The notes beneath the pieces were generated by a model that saw nothing but the letters and a program-made list of their open reading frames with translations, made no database searches and had not been told where the DNA came from. A stretch of 30,566 nt of DNA. Source: an uncultured Planctomycetales bacterium (GTDB lineage Bacteria > Omnitrophota > Gorgyraeia > Gygaellales > Profunditerraquicolaceae). Location: the NCBI GenBank assembly GCA_964508555.1, contig CAZDUF010000004.1:1-30566 (forward strand), in the 5' to 3' direction. This document shows, one piece after another, positions 23,875-30,566 of this stretch. The translations under genes were made by a program, and so were the position numbers. The number at the start of each line of letters is the position of its first letter. Positions within the stretch are counted from its first letter, which is position 1.

Positions 23875-24906
23875 TCATTTTTTTACAAACGCCTCGAGCG
23901 CCTTCACGCCGAGTGAGACTGCCGCATCCACGTCATCCATCGAGAACACCCCCGACGCGGAATGCACGTATCTGGTCGGGATCCCGAGCACCCCGCTCAA
24001 CACCCCTTCCCTGTTCATATAGATGATCGCGGCATCGGTCATGCCTCCCTCCAGGACGTCGAGCTGGTATTTGATCTTGTTCGCGCGCGCGGAGCCGATA
24101 AAAAGCTCCTTGATGCCGGAAGAGACGATAAATCCCCTGCCTCCTGCCTCAACCGTCCCGATCGAAACCCCTGCGCCGAGCTTGATCGACGACTGGTGCT
24201 CCTGGATATGCGGGGTGTCTCCGGCGACCGTCGTATCCACGACGAGCGCGAAATCAGGATTTACACGGAAGGAGGACGTGCGCGCGCCCTTCAGGCCGAC
24301 CTCCTCCTGCGTCGTTGCCACCGCGTACACCTCGGCCCTGATTTTCAAACGTTCCATCATCTTCAACAGCGCGTAACAGCCGAGCCGGTTATCGAGAGAT
24401 TTCCCGTAATACAGATTCCCGTCGAGACGCCCCGCATTCGGTTCGAACACCGCCATATCGGTAATCTCGACGCGCTTGAGGGCTTCTTCGCGCGACGATG
24501 CCCCGATGTCGATGAACATGTCCTCGGATTTCACGGGCTTATTGCGTTCCTCGTCCTTCTGGATATGCGGAGGCTTGGCTCCGATAATACCGTGCACGTC
24601 GCCGCGCGCGCTCTTGATCAGGACGCGCTGTCCGGGAAGAGCGCGGTCATCGATACCGCCGACCTTGACGAAATGAAGATACCCGCCTGGTGTCACGTGC
24701 TTGATGATGAAGCCGACCTCATCCATATGCGCGGCAATCATGATTTTCCTGCCGCCCTTGCCCTTGCGGGCGATCACGTTACCGAAGGTATCCGTGGAAA
24801 CCTCGTCGCAGGACTTGGCAAGCTCCTTCTTCATGATCGCGGCAACCTCATGTTCGTACCCGGAAATCCCGGCAGCGCATAATAATTTCTTTAAAACTTC
24901 ATCCAT
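23875..24906 (-). CDS. M42 family metallopeptidase
   Basis: AAHMDEVG, LDNRLG, QEEVGLKGA, GGMTDA, PTRYVHS; start at ATG 24906. Confidence 0.93.
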   Translation of the reverse strand: MDEVLKKLLCAAGISGYEHEVAAIMKKELAKSCDEVSTDTFGNVIARKGKGGRKIMIAAHMDEVGFIIKHVTPGGYLHFVKVGGIDDRALPGQRVLIKSARGDVHGIIGAKPPHIQKDEERNKPVKSEDMFIDIGASSREEALKRVEITDMAVFEPNAGRLDGNLYYGKSLDNRLGCYALLKMMERLKIRAEVYAVATTQEEVGLKGARTSSFRVNPDFALVVDTTVAGDTPHIQEHQSSIKLGAGVSIGTVEAGGRGFIVSSGIKELFIGSARANKIKYQLDVLEGGMTDAAIIYMNREGVLSGVLGIPTRYVHSASGVFSMDDVDAAVSLGVKALEAFVKK

Positions 24907-25447
24907 TGTACTTTTCTCCTCTTTTCCAGGTTGTATCCTGTTTTGTCTTGCTTTTGAGTATCTCAATGAGGAATTCCCGCTCCTCGATACCAAGGTCCGT
25001 GAGGGTCTTCTCGAAGTTTCCGATCTGGGCTTTGCGCTCGATATGGTCAGAGAGCGAAAAGAGCACGCGCGTCACTTCTTCAAAAAGCCGCGCCAGCCTC
25101 AAGAGCACTGCAGGATCCTGCGTCTGCAGCCAGCAATCATCCATGAGTTTCTTGAGCCGTTCGAGCTCTGACCTGCAGGTCCCTTCGCGGGAAAAATCCT
25201 CGGAACAGCCGATGACGCACATCCGGAGGACCTCAAGCTCATCGGGAGCCATATCCTGCGCCGACTGCAGTTTGTGAATCGCCGACTGGATACGCTCCCG
25301 CAGCGCCTCAACGGCGTCCTCGCGCAGCCTACCGGAATATTCGCTTAAAACCGCCGCAACCCTGCGAAAGGATTCGGGATCGCCTTTCTCGTATGCCTGG
25401 GAGAAAAAAGAATCGATGCGGGACTGCAGTTCTTTGAGGTCGACCAT
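24899..25447 (-). CDS. Hypothetical all-helical protein
   Basis: Collinear ORF between fprA and the M42 gene, overlapping the M42 start; purine-rich RBS. Confidence 0.7.
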   Translation of the reverse strand: MVDLKELQSRIDSFFSQAYEKGDPESFRRVAAVLSEYSGRLREDAVEALRERIQSAIHKLQSAQDMAPDELEVLRMCVIGCSEDFSREGTCRSELERLKKLMDDCWLQTQDPAVLLRLARLFEEVTRVLFSLSDHIERKAQIGNFEKTLTDLGIEEREFLIEILKSKTKQDTTWKRGEKYNG

Positions 25448-25465
25448 ACCTGCCCCCTTTTTCCC

Positions 25466-26656
25466 TTACGCCTTGCGAACCGCCTGAGCCATTGCCTGCG
25501 CCAGACGGCTGCAGGATACAAGGTTCTCCTGTGTGGGAGCGCAGCGCGCCTCAACCAGCGGTTCGACGAAACGCAGCTGGTTGCGCTGGATAAATTCCTG
25601 CAGGCAGGCGGATGCGCCGCCGCTCCATCCGTGAGATTCGATTATCCCGACGCTGCGGTTCTTGACCTTGGTATGATCCAGAAAAGTCACCACTGCATCG
25701 ATGGGGGGAAAAAGACTCATATTATAGGTAGGAGATGCGATAATCAGTCCCGCATATTTCCAGACGTCGTTGACGATAAACGAAAGATGCGTTCGGGAGG
25801 CGTCGTGCATGACGGGTTTTATGCCTCCTGCCTCGAGGGCGCCTGCGCAGGCCTCGACCATCTTCAGGGTATTGCCGTACATGGAACCGTACGCGATGAC
25901 AACGCCTGCATCGGCTTCGTAACTGCTCCATTTCCGGTACAGCTCAATAACATGCCGTGGATGCTGCCGGTAGATAAGTCCGTGCGTCGAGGCGACCATG
26001 CGTATGTCCAGATGCGCGAGCATCTGCATGGCCTTGAGCACCATGGCGCTGTACTTAGCCACGATATTCGAGAAATACCGGCGGGTCTCCTCTTCGTATC
26101 CCGACGGATCGACCTGATCGTCGAACACGCCCTTGTCGAGCGCCGCGAACCCTCCGAATGCGTCTCCGGAAAACAGGATGCCGTCCTGTTTTTCGTAGGT
26201 CATCATCGTCTCAGGCCAATGCACCATGGGCGTCAGATAAAACTCAAGCGTCCGGCTCCCAAGCTCGAGCGTTTCTCTGTCCTTGACGATTTTGACGTTC
26301 GTATCGATGCGGTAGAAATTTTTCAGGAATTCCGCGGTCTTTTCGTTGCCGACGACAATCAGTTGCGGATACAGCTTGAGCAGTTCGAGAAGCGCGCCGG
26401 AATGGTCAGGCTCCATGTGGTTGACCACCACGTAATCGAGCGTCCTGCCGTTCAAAACGCCCCGTATCTTCCCTATATACTCCTCGTAAAAATTCTTTTT
26501 GACGGTATCGATGAGCGCGGTCTTACCCGCGTCGATGAGGTAGGAATTGTAGGTAACGCCGCGGGGAAGCGGCCAGATGGATTCGAACAGATCGGTCGTA
26601 TGGTCGTTCACGCCGACCCAGAAGATATCTTTGGCAAGAGACACCGGAGGAGTCAT
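25466..26656 (-). CDS. fprA: Flavodiiron protein (A-type flavoprotein)
   Basis: GVTYNSYLI, NHMEPDHSG, HWPETM, SGDAFG, STHG, flavodoxin YGSMYGNT; start at ATG 26656. Confidence 0.93.
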   Translation of the reverse strand: MTPPVSLAKDIFWVGVNDHTTDLFESIWPLPRGVTYNSYLIDAGKTALIDTVKKNFYEEYIGKIRGVLNGRTLDYVVVNHMEPDHSGALLELLKLYPQLIVVGNEKTAEFLKNFYRIDTNVKIVKDRETLELGSRTLEFYLTPMVHWPETMMTYEKQDGILFSGDAFGGFAALDKGVFDDQVDPSGYEEETRRYFSNIVAKYSAMVLKAMQMLAHLDIRMVASTHGLIYRQHPRHVIELYRKWSSYEADAGVVIAYGSMYGNTLKMVEACAGALEAGGIKPVMHDASRTHLSFIVNDVWKYAGLIIASPTYNMSLFPPIDAVVTFLDHTKVKNRSVGIIESHGWSGGASACLQEFIQRNQLRFVEPLVEARCAPTQENLVSCSRLAQAMAQAVRKA

Positions 26657-26662
26657 ACATCC

Positions 26663-26690
26663 ATTATAGCAACGCCGCCCGTGAATACAA
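26663..26690 (-). promoter_or_regulatory. Sigma70 promoter of fprA (leaderless geometry)
   Basis: TTGTAT (26690-26685), 16-nt spacer ending TGC, TATAAT (26668-26663), 6 nt, ATG 26656. Confidence 0.75.
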
Positions 26691-26708
26691 GCCTGTAAAT
26701 CGACGCGA

Positions 26709-27674
26709 TCACCGGGCGTGCGCGCATGCGGTAATGAGCGCATGCATCTGCTGAGCGGTCGTGACCCGCGAGGCTTTCTCGCGCAAGGGACGCACCCGCT
26801 GCCATCCCTTGGTGTAGGAGGCGAAAAACTTCCGGTACAACACCACGCCGTTACGTTCTCCCCAGTACGCGACGTTTGCGTCCAGATGCTCACCCATGAC
26901 GCGGATCACCTCCTCATGAGACGGCCCGGCAAGCTTAGCCCCTTTCTCAAGAAACGCCCTGATCTGCGGGAAAATCCACGGATTCCCGATTGCGCCGCGG
27001 GCAACGTTGACCGCGTCGCAGCCTGTTTCCTCGAACATCCTTCTCGCGTGAGACGCATCCCAGATGTCACCGGAAGCAATAACCGGAATCTTCACCGCTG
27101 ACTTGGTCCGTGCTATCGCGGCATAATCAACCGTACCGGCATACTCCTGCATCCTGGTGCGCCCGTGCACGCATACCGCGCGGGCTCCGCATCCTTCGGC
27201 AACGCGCGCCGCCTCCGGGCAGTTCACCGAGTGGGCGTCCCAGCCGCTGCGAATTTTAACGGTCACCGGCAGTTGCGATTCCTTAATCACCAGGCGCAGT
27301 ATCTTTTCCAACTTCTTCAGGTCGCGCAGAAGCGCCGCGCCCTCTCCCCTGCGCACCACTTTCTTTGCCGGGCAGGCGGCGTTAAAATCCAGAATAACGA
27401 ACGGATACGGCCGGATGATGTCGATCGCGCGTTTGATATAGGCAGGTTCGCAGCCCAAAAGCTGCACGCCCAGCGGCGCGTCCCCGGAAGTAGAAAACAG
27501 CATCGCCCTGGTGCGTTTCGATTTGTAACCCAGACTGCGGCAGTTGATCATTTCGACGAACGCCATCTCGCAGCCGAATCTGCGGCAGAGCATGCGGAAC
27601 GGATGATCGGTCACCCCTGCCATGGGAGCGAGAATCAGCCGCGAACGAATGGTGAGAGACCCGAGTTTAAGCAT
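26709..27674 (-). CDS. dusB: tRNA-dihydrouridine synthase
   Basis: LAPMAGVTD, GVQLLG, DFNAACP, PVTVKIRSGW, VHGRT, PVIASGDI, VARGAIGNPWIF. Confidence 0.93.
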   Translation of the reverse strand: MLKLGSLTIRSRLILAPMAGVTDHPFRMLCRRFGCEMAFVEMINCRSLGYKSKRTRAMLFSTSGDAPLGVQLLGCEPAYIKRAIDIIRPYPFVILDFNAACPAKKVVRRGEGAALLRDLKKLEKILRLVIKESQLPVTVKIRSGWDAHSVNCPEAARVAEGCGARAVCVHGRTRMQEYAGTVDYAAIARTKSAVKIPVIASGDIWDASHARRMFEETGCDAVNVARGAIGNPWIFPQIRAFLEKGAKLAGPSHEEVIRVMGEHLDANVAYWGERNGVVLYRKFFASYTKGWQRVRPLREKASRVTTAQQMHALITACAHAR

Positions 27675-27686
27675 GCACGGGAGGGG

Positions 27687-28082
27687 TTACCGGTCGGGAC
27701 GCAGAAGAAAATGATACACCGCGGAAAACACGAAGAAGATCGCGACTGCGGGAGTGAAAGTGGGGAAATACACCATAACCACGAATGCGGCTATGCAGGA
27801 GGAGATGACCATAGCGGGTGAGAAATTCATGAACAGGCCGGCAATGAGCATGGCAAGCGGAAAAATGCCGAGAACGGGGTTTTCTTTGACGCGAGCCACG
27901 GCGTATTCGACGTTATAATCCGCCTGAACGTCTTCGCTGGTGTCGGTAAACCCCTTGCCAAAGGCATGCAGCGACGAAAGGAACCTGCCTCCGGCACTGG
28001 TTCCCTGCTCTTGTGCATATTCCTCCTGCGCGAACGCGCAGGCGGCTGTCAGCATCACGACGGAAATAATGAACAGTCTCAT
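27687..28082 (-). CDS. Hypothetical membrane protein with signal peptide
   Basis: MRLFIISVVMLTAACAFA|Q signal peptide; hydrophobic C-terminal half; own promoter. Confidence 0.7.
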   Translation of the reverse strand: MRLFIISVVMLTAACAFAQEEYAQEQGTSAGGRFLSSLHAFGKGFTDTSEDVQADYNVEYAVARVKENPVLGIFPLAMLIAGLFMNFSPAMVISSCIAAFVVMVYFPTFTPAVAIFFVFSAVYHFLLRPDR

Positions 28083-28088
28083 AAAGAT

Positions 28089-28117
28089 ATCATAGCACTG
28101 CGACGGTCCTCATGCAA
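28089..28117 (-). promoter_or_regulatory. Sigma70 promoter of 27687-28082 (leaderless geometry)
   Basis: TTGCAT (28117-28112), 17-nt spacer ending TGC, TATGAT (28094-28089), 6 nt, ATG 28082. Confidence 0.75.
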
Positions 28118-28126
28118 GCACAAGGG

Positions 28127-28579
28127 CTAATAGCCGTCGGATTGGATAGAGTTTTCTCCTGAATCAAGATCGGCGGTCAAGATATACCGGGGTGCTGCGG
28201 CACCGCAGCCGGTTGCAACATCCGGCGGTTTGCCGTTATTGCGGCAGCGCGTTGCGGTGATGCGCACGCGGGTATCGGCTAGAACATCGACATCATAGCG
28301 AAAATAATGCGACGGCCTGCAAACTTGCGGATGCTGGTCTCCGGCCAAACCGATATTCGCTTCATCATTCTGGAAACTGGGACTTGAAAGGCTCTGGTGC
28401 TGCAGATAATGCGCCTGCGCGAGCGTGCGGATATGGCCGCATACCTGTTTGGCTTCTGCGCCGCGGGACTTCTCAACGGTCGAGGCGTACTTTTGCGCGC
28501 CGAGCGTGGAGAGTATGCCGATTATGATGACGACGACAATAAGCTCGAGTATCGTAAAACCCGGCACAGGTCTCGCCAT
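28127..28579 (-). CDS. Type IVa pilin-like protein
   Basis: MARPVPG|FTILELIVVVIIIGILSTLG with G-1 and E+5; EKSRGAEAK; four Cys. AGGAGG lies just before ATG 28579 (alternative start 28597). Confidence 0.88.
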   Translation of the reverse strand: MARPVPGFTILELIVVVIIIGILSTLGAQKYASTVEKSRGAEAKQVCGHIRTLAQAHYLQHQSLSSPSFQNDEANIGLAGDQHPQVCRPSHYFRYDVDVLADTRVRITATRCRNNGKPPDVATGCGAAAPRYILTADLDSGENSIQSDGY

Positions 28580-28593
28580 AATCCTCCTATTGA

Positions 28594-28800
28594 TCATTCA
28601 ACGATCTCGATGGCTGTCGAACCGGACTTTATAAGATCCCCTGCTTTCAGCTTCTTGCGCACGCGCAGTTCTACCTCGCCGTTGACCAGCACCATACCTT
28701 CCAAGATCAATTCCCGCGCGCGCGCGCCGTCCTCTGCGATCTTGAGCACCTTGAGCAGATTATCCAGCTCGATAAAATCACCCCTCAGACGGAACTGCAT
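28594..28800 (-). CDS. S4-domain RNA-binding protein (YaaA/YbcJ-like)
   Basis: FIELDNLLKVL...G..A...I.EG.VLVNGEVELRVRKKL..GD. Confidence 0.88.
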   Translation of the reverse strand: MQFRLRGDFIELDNLLKVLKIAEDGARARELILEGMVLVNGEVELRVRKKLKAGDLIKSGSTAIEIVE

Positions 28801-30451
28801 CTATCTCCTCGCTCCCCCACACCGTGAGGGTAAATTCCAACGGCACCTGTCCCATGCTCTGCTGCACGCGCTTGAGCTCTCCCACGGCGACGCGCGACAT
28901 ATCGCAGCCGCCGTCGCTCAGGTATGCGCGCACTGCCTCGGCGCGCTGCCTTGAAAGCGCATCGAGTGCGGCTGCATCCGGTTCACCTTCCTCGATAACC
29001 AGACGCTTCATCTCGGCACGCAAAGCGTCCGCGTCAATCTGCTTTGCGCTGGTAAACCGGCGCACAAGCACCCAGTATGCGCGTATCCCGAACCGCAGCC
29101 TATACATCTGCTTGAGAATCAGAAGGTCGTCGCCGGTTGATTCCAAACGGCGGCGGATGAATTCTTCGTCGAAAGCCTGTGTCTTTATCGCCTTCCAGTC
29201 CGCTTCCGGATCGCAGCTGCCGTTAATCTCAAGAGAAATCTTCGGCCTGTTGTTCAAGGCCTGTATCAAGACTTTCAGTTTTTCGACGGTTGCATCCGTC
29301 AGGAGCGCGCTGCCGGGATCAAACGTCACCCTGCCCAATTCCTCGCTTGCCCCTTCCAGCCCAGCCATGGAAAGAAGCGCCGTAAAAGGCGACGTAACCA
29401 GTTTCATCACGAAATTCGCGGCTGTCTTACCCAAGAGCGGCAGATACCTGAACTGCGGGTCGCTTACGTCACCGTAAACGGGAAGAGACACGGTAATACG
29501 GCCCTGGGGATCTTCAAGCAGCGCGATAACTAATCCAAAGGGCAGCGGCAAAGCGCTTTGAGATTCGACCTTGTCGCCGAAGTCAAACTTCTGGATCAGC
29601 AGTTTATGGCGGGCATCGAGTTTATTGTCAGAGATGCGGTACTCCATGTTCAGGTCGAGCTGGCCCCCGTCTTTGACTGCTCGGCCTGTGTATTTGCCGA
29701 CGTACGGCGTCAGCACCGAGAGCGCATAGCGATTCAGTGAGAATGACGTTTCCATCTCAAGAGGCTTGGCAAAAAGCCTGGCAGCGGCTTGGACGGAAAT
29801 TTCTCCTTGCTGGTCGAGCCTGGAGGAAAACGTGACGTTTGTCCTGGCATCCGGGTCAGTTGAGAAACCGGTCACGTTCAGGTTCATTGCGGATAGTGAG
29901 GTCATAAACGCCGGCTCGATAGTCCGGTCAGTAAACGTGACCGTTGCGTTCGTCATGCGGATGGCGTCGATTGAGAACGCAGGCAGCTGTTGCGCCGGGG
30001 CAGGCTGCTGCCCGGAAACCGTCTCGTGCTGCAGAGCTGCCGCAGGCGCCGTTGCCGGCGCGGTTTGGTTAACGGCAGGCACAAGCTCAATCAGATTGAT
30101 CTTGTTGCCGGCGAGAAGCGCGGCATGGACCTGGAGTCTGTTGAGGCCGATGATCTCAACGCGGTACTGTTTCCTGAGAAGAGCAAGGAAACTCGCATCC
30201 ACCCAGAATTTGTCGAAACCAGCCACGACCTGTCGGTCAGCATCCAGGATTTTCAAACCTCCGATACTGACCCGCAGGAGAAACGGATTGAACCACACGG
30301 AGCGCAGCTCAACGCGGTGTTTGAGTATTTTGCTGCCTTGAGAGCGCACCAAAGGAGGAACACCGACAGGAATGACAACATAGATAACAAGAAAAACAAA
30401 AATGACAAAACCCGCGAGAATCTTCAGGAGAATACGGAAGGCTTTTTTCAT
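28778..30451 (-). CDS. DUF748-like periplasm-spanning protein with C-terminal OmpA-like domain
   Basis: N-terminal TM anchor, WFNPFLL, YVGKYTG, KFDFGDKVES, LPFGLVIALLED..G.I...LPVYGD..DP.F, VTFDPGSALL, LSRQRAEAVRAYL. Confidence 0.85.
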   Translation of the reverse strand: MKKAFRILLKILAGFVIFVFLVIYVVIPVGVPPLVRSQGSKILKHRVELRSVWFNPFLLRVSIGGLKILDADRQVVAGFDKFWVDASFLALLRKQYRVEIIGLNRLQVHAALLAGNKINLIELVPAVNQTAPATAPAAALQHETVSGQQPAPAQQLPAFSIDAIRMTNATVTFTDRTIEPAFMTSLSAMNLNVTGFSTDPDARTNVTFSSRLDQQGEISVQAAARLFAKPLEMETSFSLNRYALSVLTPYVGKYTGRAVKDGGQLDLNMEYRISDNKLDARHKLLIQKFDFGDKVESQSALPLPFGLVIALLEDPQGRITVSLPVYGDVSDPQFRYLPLLGKTAANFVMKLVTSPFTALLSMAGLEGASEELGRVTFDPGSALLTDATVEKLKVLIQALNNRPKISLEINGSCDPEADWKAIKTQAFDEEFIRRRLESTGDDLLILKQMYRLRFGIRAYWVLVRRFTSAKQIDADALRAEMKRLVIEEGEPDAAALDALSRQRAEAVRAYLSDGGCDMSRVAVGELKRVQQSMGQVPLEFTLTVWGSEEIDAVPSEG

Positions 30452-30465
30452 AGATAGTAGAATAC

Positions 30466-30494
30466 ATTATACCTTATGTAACCGAAAATGTCAT
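30466..30494 (-). promoter_or_regulatory. Sigma70 promoter of the DUF748-like gene
   Basis: ATGACA (30494-30489), 17-nt spacer, TATAAT (30471-30466), 14 nt to ATG 30451. Confidence 0.6.
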
Positions 30495-30566
30495 CCCCGG
30501 GATGATACATTTGATGTTACTATGCCAAAATGTTAATAATAATTACTAAGCGAAAATGTTAATTTT

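Noticed and set aside
23962-26698. Plus-strand ORFs 23962-24882 and 25631-26698
   Set aside because: Shadows of the M42 peptidase and fprA.
26657-26893. N-terminal extension of the fprA ORF in the track
   Set aside because: It overlaps dusB and the fprA promoter; FprA similarity begins at MTPPVSLAK.

Overview
All supported genes lie on the minus strand. (1) 1-17836 is a 12-gene type II secretion / type IV pilus hybrid locus, in transcription order: short GspF, GspI-like pseudopilin, 904-aa GspK-like protein with a split lamin-tail domain, PilM-PilN fusion, PilO-PilP-like fusion, 975-aa secretin with a long coiled coil, GspE/PilB ATPase, TMTC-type glycosyltransferase, GspJ-like pseudopilin, secreted Ig-like protein, secreted TPR protein, and a repeat-containing phage-fibre-like secreted protein. 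The fibre ORF runs off the left edge and is missing from the ORF track; its signal peptide is partly encoded by an in-frame palindromic element. (2) About 17880-20290 is a lower-GC block at the 3' side of tRNA-Ser(GCT): two paralogous lipoproteins, a HAMP/coiled-coil protein without an output domain, a V4R protein, and an unidentified structured leader. (3) 20296-30451 is mostly housekeeping: tRNA-Ser, tadA, orphan CpaF-like ATPase, tRNA-Arg(ACG), site-2 protease, M42 peptidase, fprA, dusB, a type IV pilin, an S4-domain protein and a DUF748-like protein. Three genes have identical leaderless-promoter geometry. The host is a diderm bacterium (secretin, lipoproteins); the gene content is reminiscent of Ca. 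Omnitrophota/PVC-type genomes, which is inference only. No CRISPR array, integrase, transposase or rRNA was seen. All domain calls are by manual motif recognition, not database search.
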